Shown here one piece after another: positions 31,690 through 42,069 of a DNA stretch of 64,000 nt; positions within the stretch are counted from its first letter, which is position 1, and every line of letters starts with the position of its first letter. Origin of the DNA: an uncultured Nitrospiraceae bacterium (lineage in GTDB: Bacteria > Nitrospirota > Nitrospiria > Nitrospirales > Nitrospiraceae); the NCBI GenBank assembly GCA_963706325.1, contig CAVPLT010000007.1, positions 128,001 to 192,000 of the forward strand, in the 5' to 3' direction. The notes beneath the pieces were generated by a model. It was not told the origin of the DNA. It did not search any database and saw only the letters and a program-made list of their open reading frames with translations. Position numbers and translations under genes: made by a program.

Positions 31690-32397
31690 CCGTCGGATGC
31701 CCTGGATGAGACGGGCGCAGTTCGAGACGTCGTCCAAAATCATCTCCTGCAGGTCGTGGCATTTCTCGCGATGGAACCCCCGACGACGATGTACCCGGAT
31801 TCCCTTCGTGACGAACGGGTCAAGGTCTTGCGCATGATCCCTCCTCTCACCAGCGGGAACATCGTGCGAGGACAGTTTAAAGGCTATCGTGATGAGCCAG
31901 GAGTGGCCCCGAAGTCGCGCGTTGAGACATACGCCGCAGTTCGATTCAGCATTGACTCATGGCGCTGGGCAGGCGTACCGTTTCTCATCAGGGCAGGGAA
32001 GTCTCTCCCGGTCACCATTACGGAAGTGTTGGTCAAGCTACGGAAGCCGCCGCTGAGCAGGTTGAGCGTCGACCGGAACTTCCTACGGTTTCGGCTCGGT
32101 CCTGATATAGGCATCAGTCTCGGCGCACGCGTGAAGAAACCAGGGTTTGAAATGGTCACGATGCCGGTAGAGCTATCGGTGGTCAAAAAACCGCAAGGCG
32201 ACGAAGTCGACGTGATGAAGGGGGATTCTATGTTGTTCGTGCGCGAAGATGGAGTCGAAGCCGCCTGGGCGATCGTCGATCCCATCCTCAACGGCCAAGA
32301 CGCACATGAGTACACTCCGGGCAGCTGGGGACCTGTGGAAGCCGATCATCTGGCTGCCGACCTGGGGGGTTGGCACAACCCTCAGAAGTACGAGTAG
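31690..32397 (+). pseudogene. zwf: C-terminal fragment of glucose-6-phosphate dehydrogenase
   Basis: GAVRDVVQNHLLQ, RGQF, ETYAA, RWAGVPFLIRAGK, YTPGSWGP; NADP-binding domain absent; conserved YERLL segment missing. Confidence 0.85.
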
Positions 32398-32571
32398 TCG
32401 GTACCAATGCCTAACTGGGCAGACGGCATTTTTTCAGCATAAAGAAGCGGATCAAACGTATTGACCACATTTGTTCAGAATGGCGAGCAAGACCCCATGG
32501 CAGTTTGAGAATACGGGCTTGAATGTCGAAGTACGAGAGTGCGCCTCCCACAACACGAAAGGAGAGATCCG

Positions 32572-33723
32572 ATGTCTAGTTCAATGCATCATGTATTCGT
32601 TTCAGCAGCGACAGGTCTGGTTCTAATCTGCAGCGGAGCGGCGTGTGCGAAACAGAAGGCCGCCGTCGTTACGGTTCCTGAGGCTCAACGACCCGAGGCA
32701 CGACCTTCAGACATGAAGCACAAGGGTCTGGCCGGAGGATTTTATGCCGACAGAGACAAGAGTGACGATTGGTACTATGACTTCTATGAGGGTCCGTCAG
32801 CCGAGCGGACAAGCGATCGCACGGCAGTGGACGGGGGTGGTAGCAAGGTTAGGCCGGATGCGATAAAAGTTGCGGACAAGACCCACTTCGTTGATGCCGC
32901 GAAACCCGTCGATGCTCGACCATCCGATACCCAAGGACAGGAGTCGGCCGTCAATCAATATTACGATGACCCCTGGTTCTACGAGCCGCGGGATACCTCG
33001 TACACGATGCCGGTGAAGGCGGCGAGCGATACTCCGCGTCCTTCCGCCACTCCGGCCCCGCAAGTGCTCAAGGGAAATGTCACGCACGTGAAACAGGTGC
33101 GGAATGCAACCAGCGGAGGTCAAAATACGGTTGTGCAAATCAAGCCTGTGAAGGGCAATCCAGCGATCGCCGATCTCGGCCCGACCCAGCCCCTTCTCAA
33201 TCTCGCCCTCGCCAAGGGAGATCCTATCGCGGTCGGCGGAAAAAACGAGAACATCGGCCAGTATTCAGTCCTGATGGCCAAGCAGGTGAAGTCCGGGGCC
33301 AACGAGGTCAGCGTAGAAAGAGTGGACACGGCAGCCGCATCTGATCGCAAGGAGGCCACCGGGCGGATCGAGCGAATCAGTGATGTCCGGATTCGCGGCA
33401 CTGAACAGATGCATCGCGTCGCTGTCATTAAAGGCGCCGACGGCCGTCTCATGTTAATCGATCTGGGAGCTGCAACACCGTCGGGAAACGTTCCCGCCAC
33501 CGGCGCTACCGGTGATCAAATGAAGGCCAGCGGGCCGGTCGCCACGGTTGGAAATTATCCCGTGCTCTTTGCCGACCACATGTCCATCGACAATGGTGTG
33601 CCAATAGCAATTGCCAGGCCGGATGGAGCGCACCCTGGGGCGCCGCGTCATGACATGCAATCTCCTCAGGTTCCCGAGAGTGCGAACGCCCCGCAACCTG
33701 TAAATCAGGTGCCAGCCAAGTAA
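32572..33723 (+). CDS. Putative lipoprotein with acidic-aromatic motifs and two OB-fold-like repeats
   Basis: AAGGAG RBS; lipobox GAAC; DDWYYDFYE and YYDDPWFYE; two repeats with xDLGx...GD.I/M...G. Confidence 0.7.
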   Translation: MSSSMHHVFVSAATGLVLICSGAACAKQKAAVVTVPEAQRPEARPSDMKHKGLAGGFYADRDKSDDWYYDFYEGPSAERTSDRTAVDGGGSKVRPDAIKVADKTHFVDAAKPVDARPSDTQGQESAVNQYYDDPWFYEPRDTSYTMPVKAASDTPRPSATPAPQVLKGNVTHVKQVRNATSGGQNTVVQIKPVKGNPAIADLGPTQPLLNLALAKGDPIAVGGKNENIGQYSVLMAKQVKSGANEVSVERVDTAAASDRKEATGRIERISDVRIRGTEQMHRVAVIKGADGRLMLIDLGAATPSGNVPATGATGDQMKASGPVATVGNYPVLFADHMSIDNGVPIAIARPDGAHPGAPRHDMQSPQVPESANAPQPVNQVPAK

Positions 33724-33741
33724 TTGAGGCAGACCATTGGA

Positions 33742-33769
33742 GCAGCGGGAAAATAACTCTTCCCGCTGC
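33742..33769 (+). terminator. Hairpin after the lipoprotein gene
   Basis: GCAGCGGGAA-N8-TTCCCGCTGC perfect 10-bp stem. Confidence 0.5.
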
Positions 33770-33907
33770 CCCTCTCCATTCGCGATTCATCTCGCGGTTT
33801 GAGCAATGGAGTTCGTCAATCGATATATACTTGCAAGATCAGGGGACGCTTTGATACAACGGGGCGGCAAAAAAATCCTGATCCCTTTGGCTTCAAGAGA
33901 GAGGCTC

Positions 33908-34219
33908 ATGAACCGCTATCTCGCAATTTTTTTCGTGGTGTTGGGTACAACGGGCTGCACGAGTGTTCAGTACAACGGGACCGACTGCGGCACGCTCCCA
34001 AGTGACACCTTCTGGTCGGGAAATATCGCCCTTCAATGTCAGGAATACCGAAGGCTCCAGGCCGAGACGGTGTATCGAACTGAAGTAGCCCAAATGCTCA
34101 AACAGTACCGAGAATGTGTGACTAAACAGGAAAGTTCACCGTCCGGGAACAAAGAGCGTTGTTCGGTCTACGCTCAAGGTTTCCCCAATCCACCAACGGG
34201 ACAACCTCCATCGAAATAG
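33908..34219 (+). CDS. Small putative lipoprotein
   Basis: GAGG RBS; lipobox TTGC; paired cysteines. Confidence 0.6.
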   Translation: MNRYLAIFFVVLGTTGCTSVQYNGTDCGTLPSDTFWSGNIALQCQEYRRLQAETVYRTEVAQMLKQYRECVTKQESSPSGNKERCSVYAQGFPNPPTGQPPSK

Positions 34220-34319
34220 GCCAAGGTAAGCGCCTAGCCGGACTTGTTTCCTTCTTGAGGAGCTATAGACTTGTGCAAACGCGGTCACGTATTCGGGGTC
34301 CCCACCTCATCCTCTCCAA

Positions 34320-35411
34320 TTGCCCGCACAGTCTAAGAGGCTGACCGTCCCGGTGAGAAACGTAAGGAAAGTTGAACTGGCTGAAACTCCCGGCATCGAG
34401 TATTCGTTCCGTGGTTCCATAATCAGGACGCTGACTCTGTGGTCGATGTTGGTCGCCTGTACTGCCGGCTGCACAACGTTTTCTCTGCCCACAAATGACC
34501 CTCAGGAAATTCGTCAACAGACGCCTTCCGAGAGTCCGGTGTTTCTCCCTTCCGATGCGACCGTTACCCAGCCTCTCACCGGTACCGAGACCGGGAATCC
34601 AATTATCCTTCCTCGGCGCGGCACATCGGATCTACAAGGTCGACGTGAACCCACGTGGTCGCCTATGGTTCGGGAAAATGATCTGACGCTACGCGCGCCT
34701 CTTCGGCAGACGTGGGCTCCCCATCCCCGGCTGGTCCCGCTTGGGAGCGATGTCGAGTTGGAACGACCTGACAGCGAAATCTTTGCGCATCGGGACCATG
34801 TCACATCAGGGCCGTTCCGAAATCCCTACGCCGGTTCTCGCGACCAGCCGCTCTTTTATCGCGACAACTCGCACGCACTTGCGAGTAATTCAACGCTATC
34901 GGGGGTCGGCCCCCCTCCGCCCCACCACACGGTCAAGACCTTCGGTACGCTCACGGCCATCAGCTTCATCGGCATCGGCGTATACGCATTTGCTCCAGAA
35001 TCCTTCACTGGTGTGAGCAAGGCCGGTGCTCTCAAGGAGGCAAAACAGGACTTCAAAGACGCATGGACCAAACCTCCCGTGTTCGATAAAGATAATGGGA
35101 TGTACAACTATGCGGGGCATCCCTACGTAGGAATGAATTTCTATCTCTCCCAGAGAAATTACGGGGAGAGCCCCTTGTATTCCTTTCTCTTCGCAGCCCT
35201 CTCTTCGACCTGCTTTGAATATTTCGTTGAAAGCTGGGCAGAACGGCCGAGCGTTCAAGATCTGCTCATCACTCCGATTGTGGGGTCCATCCTTGGAGAG
35301 CTCGTGTTCCGCGCCACCCAAGAAATGCGAAAGGACGGCTTCACAAAGACGGAGAAGGTTATCTTGACTATCATCAACCCGCTCTATGTCATGCAAAACG
35401 GGTATCGATAG
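34320..35411 (+). CDS. DUF3943 domain protein
   Basis: DKDNGMYNYAGHPYVG, FEYFVESWAERPSVQDLLITPIVGSILGE; start uncertain. Confidence 0.78.
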   Translation: MPAQSKRLTVPVRNVRKVELAETPGIEYSFRGSIIRTLTLWSMLVACTAGCTTFSLPTNDPQEIRQQTPSESPVFLPSDATVTQPLTGTETGNPIILPRRGTSDLQGRREPTWSPMVRENDLTLRAPLRQTWAPHPRLVPLGSDVELERPDSEIFAHRDHVTSGPFRNPYAGSRDQPLFYRDNSHALASNSTLSGVGPPPPHHTVKTFGTLTAISFIGIGVYAFAPESFTGVSKAGALKEAKQDFKDAWTKPPVFDKDNGMYNYAGHPYVGMNFYLSQRNYGESPLYSFLFAALSSTCFEYFVESWAERPSVQDLLITPIVGSILGELVFRATQEMRKDGFTKTEKVILTIINPLYVMQNGYR

Positions 35412-35657
35412 CTGTTTTGCGTCGTATCGCCCGTCGAGGTCTGGATTGCAGCTGACAGGACTATTGCAGTGTCACTCCCACATCGAGAGTTCTCGAGTGT
35501 ATCCACTCTTTGCGATGTTAGTCGGATGCGGCGTGCCCGGAAGCAGCGCTGAACATGGAGTGGAAGAATGTCAGCTATCCGTCGAGTGAAAATGAAAGGG
35601 GCTTGTTCCGGGAGCAAGGGCGGATGGAAGGTAGGGTTGTGCGCAGAAGGCACTTAA

Positions 35658-36554
35658 CTATTTCAGGGCTTCGGCGCCTCCCACGATATCCATGAGTTCC
35701 CTGGTGATCGCTGCCTGCCTGGTCTTGTTGTAGTAAATGGTCAATTTTTTAATCAGTTCGCCGGCGTTCCGCGTTGCGCCGTCCATGGCCGCCATACGGG
35801 CACCTTGTTCGGCGGCGGTTGATTCCAGCAGAATGCGATACGATTGGACGTGGAAATTGCGGTGCAGGAGTTCGTTCAACAACTCGTCTTCACCCGGCTC
35901 GTATAGGTAGCCGCCAGGCATGGTTTCGGTAGCTTGATCAAGATCCTTTGGGTCGGAAATCTCCACGAGCCAGTCGATCGGCAGGAGCTTTTCGACGACG
36001 ACCCGTTGCTGAAGGGCTGATTTGAATTCATTGTAAATGACATAGACCGCATCGATTCGTCCTGCGATATAGTCATCGACGGCTTGCAGTTCGGAACCCA
36101 GCAGCATCCCGTGCTCAAAGGTCAACTTGTCGAAGAGGTCGACGACCTCTCGGCGCACCTTCCAGGCGCGTCGTCGAAAAAAATCACGGCCTTTCCGGCC
36201 GACGACCGCCACCTCGACCTGCGCGCCGTGGGCTTCAAATTCTTTCAACGTCGCGGCCGCCGTGCGGAGAATGTTGGAGTTGAAGGCCCCGCACAATCCA
36301 CGGTCACTTGTGATGACGGCAATCACGATGCGGTTGCCCTCTCGCTTCCGGAGCAGGGGATGCGCCTCTCGGTTCACACGCCGGCTGAGGTTGCGGATGG
36401 TATCCCGCATCTTGTAGGCGTAAGGCCGCGCGGCGAGAATGCGGTCCTGCGTGCGCTTGAGTTTCGCCGCCGCCACCATTTTCATGGCTTTCGTGATTTT
36501 CTGGGTTTTCTTAACTGAGGCGATCTTCCGTCGGACGGATTGCAGGCTAGGCAT
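35658..36554 (-). CDS. atpG: F1 ATP synthase gamma subunit, stand-alone
   Basis: RRKIASVKKTQKITKAMKMVAAAK, TSDRGLCGAFN, AEQGARMAAMDGATRNA, YNKTRQAAITRELMDIVGGAEAL. Confidence 0.96.
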   Translation of the reverse strand: MPSLQSVRRKIASVKKTQKITKAMKMVAAAKLKRTQDRILAARPYAYKMRDTIRNLSRRVNREAHPLLRKREGNRIVIAVITSDRGLCGAFNSNILRTAAATLKEFEAHGAQVEVAVVGRKGRDFFRRRAWKVRREVVDLFDKLTFEHGMLLGSELQAVDDYIAGRIDAVYVIYNEFKSALQQRVVVEKLLPIDWLVEISDPKDLDQATETMPGGYLYEPGEDELLNELLHRNFHVQSYRILLESTAAEQGARMAAMDGATRNAGELIKKLTIYYNKTRQAAITRELMDIVGGAEALK

Positions 36555-36870
36555 GTAGTTGTACCACCGTAGTCATCGAAGCGAAATCTTAGGGTTGTCT
36601 TTGTATGAATAGAACGCGGCAGGCTACCATCAGTGGTCACAGTACGTCAAGACGGCTGCCAACCGGTATGCTGCTGTTTGCCTATCGTACTGTGTGTTCA
36701 GGCCGATCCCCTGTCTGCTGACGGTGAATATCGAGAAAACATGCGATATCACGAGTTTCTTGGTGCTCGACCGGCGGTCTTCCCCCAATCATTTCTGTGC
36801 CGTGATTCGTCCTCAAAACTGGAATCATACGGGATATCGACTGCATGCTACACGCGGTTCTAATCAGAAC

Positions 36871-36886
36871 CTGTAACTTTTGACAG
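36871..36886. promoter_or_regulatory. Palindromic operator site 6 (CTGTAACTTTTGACAG) between divergent atpG and ppk2
   Basis: Intergenic; TATAAC at 36910-36915 (23-nt gap). Confidence 0.8.
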
Positions 36887-36998
36887 TTATGAATCAGACC
36901 GGGTCAGTCTATAACATCACAAGAGCGAAGTACGGTCCGAGGGCTTAAATGTATATTGATGAAAAAGCACAACACCCGCGCGATGCCATATCAGATGG

Positions 36999-37831
36999 GA
37001 AACGGAGAAAATAATGGTGAAAGAGAAGCTGCCGGAAGGCAATGGCAAGGCCAAACTCAAGGGCAAAGAATATGAAAAGGAAATACGCCGGCTTCAGGCC
37101 AAGCTTTGCGACCTTCAGGCCTGGGTGAAGCATAAAGGGCTGCGCGTGATGGTCTTGTTTGAAGGCCGTGACGGCGCGGGGAAGGGCGGCACGATTCGAG
37201 CCATCACGGAACGCGTGAGTCCGCGCGTGTTCCGTGTGGTGGCGCTCCCGGCGCCCACGGATCGCGAGAAGACCCAGATGTACATGCAGCGGTACATGGC
37301 GCACTTCCCGGCGGCCGGCGAGATCGTCATTTTTGACCGCAGCTGGTATAACCGCGCGGGGGTCGAACACGTCATGGGGTTTTGTACGAAAGAGCAGTAC
37401 CGCGGCTTTCTGGAGCACTGTTCGGTTGTCGAGAAGTACATCGTCGACGCCGGAATCATCCTGGTCAAGTATTGGCTGGAGGTAAGCAACCAGGAGCAGG
37501 AACGGCGATTCGAAGCTCGCATCGAAGACCCCTTGCGCCAGTGGAAGCTCAGTCCGATGGATTTGCCGTCCCGCGAGAAATGGTACGACTACTCCCATGC
37601 CCGCGACCGCATGCTGGAGGCGACCGATACGACGCACGCCCCCTGGCATCTGGTGCATTCGGATGACAAGAAACGAGCGCGCCTCAACTGCATCAGCCAT
37701 TTGCTCTCACGGATCCCTTACAAGGACCTTCGGCGGGAGAAACTCAAGATACCCCAGCGATCCAAGAAAGGCGCCTACGACGATCACGCCACCTTGCAAA
37801 GTAGAAATTTTGTACGAGAGGTGTATTGATG
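36999..37831 (+). repeat. 833-bp direct repeat, copy A (ppk2 with RBS)
   Basis: Matches 54957-55789 (offset 17958); translations within the repeat agree in all reported frames. Confidence 0.92.
37014..37829 (+). CDS. ppk2: Polyphosphate kinase 2, class I
   Basis: Walker A EGRDGAGKGG, Walker B FDRSWYN (class I signature), WKLSPMD, SDDKKRARLN. Confidence 0.95.
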   Translation: MVKEKLPEGNGKAKLKGKEYEKEIRRLQAKLCDLQAWVKHKGLRVMVLFEGRDGAGKGGTIRAITERVSPRVFRVVALPAPTDREKTQMYMQRYMAHFPAAGEIVIFDRSWYNRAGVEHVMGFCTKEQYRGFLEHCSVVEKYIVDAGIILVKYWLEVSNQEQERRFEARIEDPLRQWKLSPMDLPSREKWYDYSHARDRMLEATDTTHAPWHLVHSDDKKRARLNCISHLLSRIPYKDLRREKLKIPQRSKKGAYDDHATLQSRNFVREVY

Positions 37832-38395
37832 ACTGGTTGGGCTTGATTTGCTTAAGGAACAAGAACTCACTGGAACGATCCGATTAGTGGGTAGGGGATG
37901 TTTCCTGACGTTCCGAACGCTCTTCGAAACATGCCAGTTAATGTGACAGGCTCAGCTCAACAGGAGTGGAACAAACCGAGGAGGTGGAGCAGTCCGTCAA
38001 TCTGGTTTGGGTAGAGGGCCCCAGGACCTTTCTGCCCTCCATCAGCCAACGAATCGTCGCTTCGCTGATACACCATTGATGCCTGGCGCTGGACGTCCGC
38101 CGACTATGATGGCGACCGCTTCGACCATCGCGATTCGTTTACTGTCCTTGTTGCATTCATCCTATGGCAAGCCTCGAATCCTCGTGTCCACGCATGCGAG
38201 GTATACGAAGAATACATGTACCATTCGCGCGCATGAAGAAAGAAAAGGACCCTGTCCTCTCAGCCGGACAATTCGATTTCACGGAGATGACGCAGCAGAG
38301 TGGTGTCATTGGGGCTTATAGGGGGACAGGCTGTGCCGTTTCTTCCTGGGTGAAGTAGGTCGGCTACATCGGTATTGCGGGAAAAGGAGCGTGTT

Positions 38396-39424
38396 ATGAC
38401 AGCAGCACAAGAACTGGAACAGACGGCGGGCGCATTGGTCGCCGGGGGGAAAGGCATCCTGGCGGCAGACGAAACTGTCGCCACCGTCACGAAGCGACTG
38501 AACGCGCTCCAGATCGAATCCACCGCCGACAGCCGGCGGACCTACCGCGAAATGTTTTTTACGACACCCGGCGCAGCAGAGTTCATCAGCGGTGCCATCT
38601 TATACGACGAAACTATCCGTCAGAACAGCTCCTCCGGCATTCCGCTTGCGGAGGTGCTGAGAAAGCAAGGCATCATCCCTGGGATCAAGGTGGATACGGG
38701 GGCCAAGGCGCTGGCCGGCTCGCCTGACGAAACCGTTACGGAAGGGCTGGACGGTTTGCGCGACCGCCTGAAGGAATACTATGGCCTTGGCGCGCGCTTT
38801 GCGAAGTGGCGCGCCGTCATTCGGATTACAGAGCAACTCCCGAGTCCCAGGTGCATCAACGTGAATGCGCATGCGCTGGGCCGTTACGCGGCGTTGTGCC
38901 AGGAGGCGGGGCTTGTGCCCATCGTGGAGCCCGAAGTCCTCATGGACGGAGGGCATACGATCGAACGGTGCAACGAGGTAACCGGTTCCGTCCTTCACGC
39001 GCTCTTCAACGCTCTGTGCGAGCAACGGATAGTCCTGGAACAGATGCTGCTCAAGCCCAGCATGGTCATCTCGGGAAAGTCCTGTCCGGAGCAGGCTTCG
39101 GTCAGCGAAGTCGCCACGGCGACACTGCGCTGTCTGCGCCAGTATGTTCCGGCCGCGGTTCCCGGTATCGTGTTCCTGTCCGGCGGTCAAAGCGATCTCC
39201 TTGCAACCAGGCATCTCAACGCCATTAATATGCTTGACAGGCCGCATCCCTGGACAGTCAGTTTTTCCTATGGTCGTGCGCTTCAGGACCCGGCGCTGCA
39301 TGCGTGGCAGGGCAAGGCGGAGCGATTTAAGGCAGGCCAACAGGCGTTCCATCATCGGGCCAAGTGCAACGGCGCCGCCGCTCTTGGACGATATACCGAG
39401 GCGCTGGAGGGGGTCTTGCCGTGA
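38396..39424 (+). CDS. Fructose-bisphosphate aldolase, class I
   Basis: GKGILAADE, GIKVDTG, FAKWRAV, VPIVEPEV, LLKPSMV, FLSGGQS, SFSYGRALQ. Confidence 0.95.
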   Translation: MTAAQELEQTAGALVAGGKGILAADETVATVTKRLNALQIESTADSRRTYREMFFTTPGAAEFISGAILYDETIRQNSSSGIPLAEVLRKQGIIPGIKVDTGAKALAGSPDETVTEGLDGLRDRLKEYYGLGARFAKWRAVIRITEQLPSPRCINVNAHALGRYAALCQEAGLVPIVEPEVLMDGGHTIERCNEVTGSVLHALFNALCEQRIVLEQMLLKPSMVISGKSCPEQASVSEVATATLRCLRQYVPAAVPGIVFLSGGQSDLLATRHLNAINMLDRPHPWTVSFSYGRALQDPALHAWQGKAERFKAGQQAFHHRAKCNGAAALGRYTEALEGVLP

Positions 39425-39573
39425 ATATCAGCGCAGAGGAATCGGGCTTGGCGGTCTATGTGGTCGCGGCGGACGAAGAAACATGGATTGCCAGGGAGAC
39501 GGTAGGGCGCGTGCGAAGCATACATTCGTCATAAGCCAATAGAGCCGACTATAAGAGCGGGAAAGGAGAGGTC

Positions 39574-41982
39574 ATGGCAAATCCGATATCGCAGAAGGAG
39601 CTGAAATTGATCGACGCCTACTGGAGGGCGGCCAACTACCTTTCAGTGGGACAGATTTATCTGCATGATAACCCGCTTCTGAAGAAGCCGTTGAGTAAGG
39701 AGCATGTGAAGTCGAGGCTTCTGGGTCACTGGGGCACCACCCCGGGTCTCAATTTCATCTATGCGCATCTGAACCGAGCAATCAAGGCCCGCGACCTCAG
39801 CATGATCTACATCATCGGTCCGGGCCATGGCGGTCCCGGCATCGTCGCCAATACCTATATGGAGGGCACCTACTCGGAGGTCTACCCGAACATTGCGCAA
39901 GACGAAGTGGGCATGCAGCGGCTATTCAAACAGTTCTCGTTCCCCGGAGGCATCCCCAGCCACGTAGCGCCCGAGACCCCCGGCTCAATACACGAAGGCG
40001 GCGAATTAGGGTACGCGGTCTCTCACGCCTACGGGGCTGCATATGATAATCCCGACCTGATCGTCGCCTGCGTCGTCGGCGACGGCGAGGCGGAAACCGG
40101 ACCGTTGGCAACCTCCTGGCACTCCAACAAGTTCCTCAATCCGGCGACCGACGGAGCAGTGCTGCCGATCCTCCACCTGAATGGGTACAAGATCGCCAAT
40201 CCCTGCCTGTTGGCTCGTATCAGCCACGAAGAATTGGATCATCTCTTCCGCGGCTACGGCTACACGCCCCATTTCGTCGAGGGCAGTGATCCGGCCAAGA
40301 TGCACCAGCTCATGGCTGACACCGTCGACACTTGCATGGAGGAAATCCGTAGCATCCAGACGCAGGCGCGGACGAAAGGTGTGAAGGAGCGGCCGCGTTG
40401 GCCAATGATCATCCTCCGTTCTCCCAAGGGGTGGACTTGCCCGAAGGAGATTGACGGTAAACGAACCGAGGACTACTGGCGGAGCCACCAGGTGCCGATG
40501 GGTGAGATGCACGAAAAGCCCGAGCATGTGAAGATCCTTGAAAAATGGATGAAGAGCTACAAGCCGGATGAGCTGTTCGACAAAACCGGCCGGCTCATCC
40601 CCGAGCTCGCTGATCTTCCGCCGAAGGGTGAGCGCCGCATGAGCGCCAATCCGCACGCCAACGGCGGCTTGGTGCTCCGTGACTTGCGTCTGCCGGACTT
40701 CCGTGACTATGCCGTCAAGGTTACGTCACCCGGCGCCATTGAGGCCGAGTCCACCCGCCACATGGGAAAGTTCCTGGCCGACACGATGAAGCTGAACATG
40801 GAGAGTCGTAATTTCCGTCTGTTCAGTCCGGACGAGAACAACTCAAACCGGTGGCAAGATGCGCTGGAGGTCACCAACCGCGCTTGGATGGCGGATCGCT
40901 ATCCATACGATGACCATTTGGCCCCTGACGGACGCGTCATGGAAATGCTCAGTGAACACCAGTGTCAGGGGTGGCTGGAAGGGTATCTTTTGAGCGGACG
41001 GCACGGGTTTTTCTCCTGCTACGAGGCCTTCATCCATATTATCGACTCAATGTTCAATCAGCATGCCAAGTGGCTGAAGGTCTGCAATGATATTCGGTGG
41101 CGGCGGCCGATTGCCTCGCTCAATTATCTGTTGTCCTCGCACGTCTGGCGGCAGGATCACAACGGGTTCAGTCACCAGGACCCCGGCTTCATCGACCACG
41201 TCGTGAACAAGAAAGCGGAGGTTGTGCGCGTATATCTGCCGCCGGACGCGAACACCCTCTTGTCGGTCACCGATCACTGTCTGCGCAGCCGCAATTACAT
41301 CAATGTGATCGTCGCTGGCAAGCAGCCTGCTCCGCAATGGTTGACGATGGACCAGGCCGTCAGGCACTGCACAGCGGGCATCGGAATTTGGGAATGGGCC
41401 AGCAACGACAGGGGAGGGGACCCCGACGTCGTCATGGCCTGCTGCGGCGACGTCCCCACGCTCGAAACGCTGGCTGCGGTGGATCTGTTTCGCCAGCATC
41501 TCCCGGCGCTGAAGATCCGTGTGGTGAACGTCGTCAACCTGATGAAATTGCAGCCGCAGAGTGAGCACCCGCATGGCCTGCCGGATCAGGACTTCGATGC
41601 ACTCTTTACGAAAGACAAGCCCATCGTGTTCGCCTTCCACGGCTATCCATGGTTGATCCATCGGCTCACGTACCGGCGGACGAACCATAAGAATCTGCAC
41701 GTACGCGGCTACAAGGAAGAAGGCACGACGAGCACGCCATTCGACATGGTGGTGATGAATGATCTTGATCGGTTTCATCTCTTTGGCGACGTGATTGATC
41801 GGCTACCGCAACTTGGGTCCCGCGCAGCCTATGCCAAGCAGGCGGTTCGCGACAAGTTGCTCGAGCACAAAGAATACATCTCGAAGTACGGCGAAGATAT
41901 GCCCGAAATCACAGACTGGCAATGGGGTAAGGCGAAAGCGGCAACGAGGCGGAGGACCACGACAGAAGGAGACAACGTCTAA
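39574..41982 (+). CDS. xfp: Phosphoketolase (xylulose-5-P/fructose-6-P)
   Basis: [49 protein letters not shown]. Confidence 0.96.
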   Translation: MANPISQKELKLIDAYWRAANYLSVGQIYLHDNPLLKKPLSKEHVKSRLLGHWGTTPGLNFIYAHLNRAIKARDLSMIYIIGPGHGGPGIVANTYMEGTYSEVYPNIAQDEVGMQRLFKQFSFPGGIPSHVAPETPGSIHEGGELGYAVSHAYGAAYDNPDLIVACVVGDGEAETGPLATSWHSNKFLNPATDGAVLPILHLNGYKIANPCLLARISHEELDHLFRGYGYTPHFVEGSDPAKMHQLMADTVDTCMEEIRSIQTQARTKGVKERPRWPMIILRSPKGWTCPKEIDGKRTEDYWRSHQVPMGEMHEKPEHVKILEKWMKSYKPDELFDKTGRLIPELADLPPKGERRMSANPHANGGLVLRDLRLPDFRDYAVKVTSPGAIEAESTRHMGKFLADTMKLNMESRNFRLFSPDENNSNRWQDALEVTNRAWMADRYPYDDHLAPDGRVMEMLSEHQCQGWLEGYLLSGRHGFFSCYEAFIHIIDSMFNQHAKWLKVCNDIRWRRPIASLNYLLSSHVWRQDHNGFSHQDPGFIDHVVNKKAEVVRVYLPPDANTLLSVTDHCLRSRNYINVIVAGKQPAPQWLTMDQAVRHCTAGIGIWEWASNDRGGDPDVVMACCGDVPTLETLAAVDLFRQHLPALKIRVVNVVNLMKLQPQSEHPHGLPDQDFDALFTKDKPIVFAFHGYPWLIHRLTYRRTNHKNLHVRGYKEEGTTSTPFDMVVMNDLDRFHLFGDVIDRLPQLGSRAAYAKQAVRDKLLEHKEYISKYGEDMPEITDWQWGKAKAATRRRTTTEGDNV

Positions 41983-42069
41983 GCGGCGACTCAAATACAT
42001 GATGAGACCGGAATAAGGAAGTCGCGTCGGCGAATAAACCGGGTCCTTGAGCCGCATCGCGGAGGTTGT

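Noticed and set aside
37934..37949. CCAGTTAATGTGACAG upstream of the aldolase as an operator
   Set aside because: Only the right half-site fits, spacing is off by one, and no -10-like hexamer lies at 23 nt
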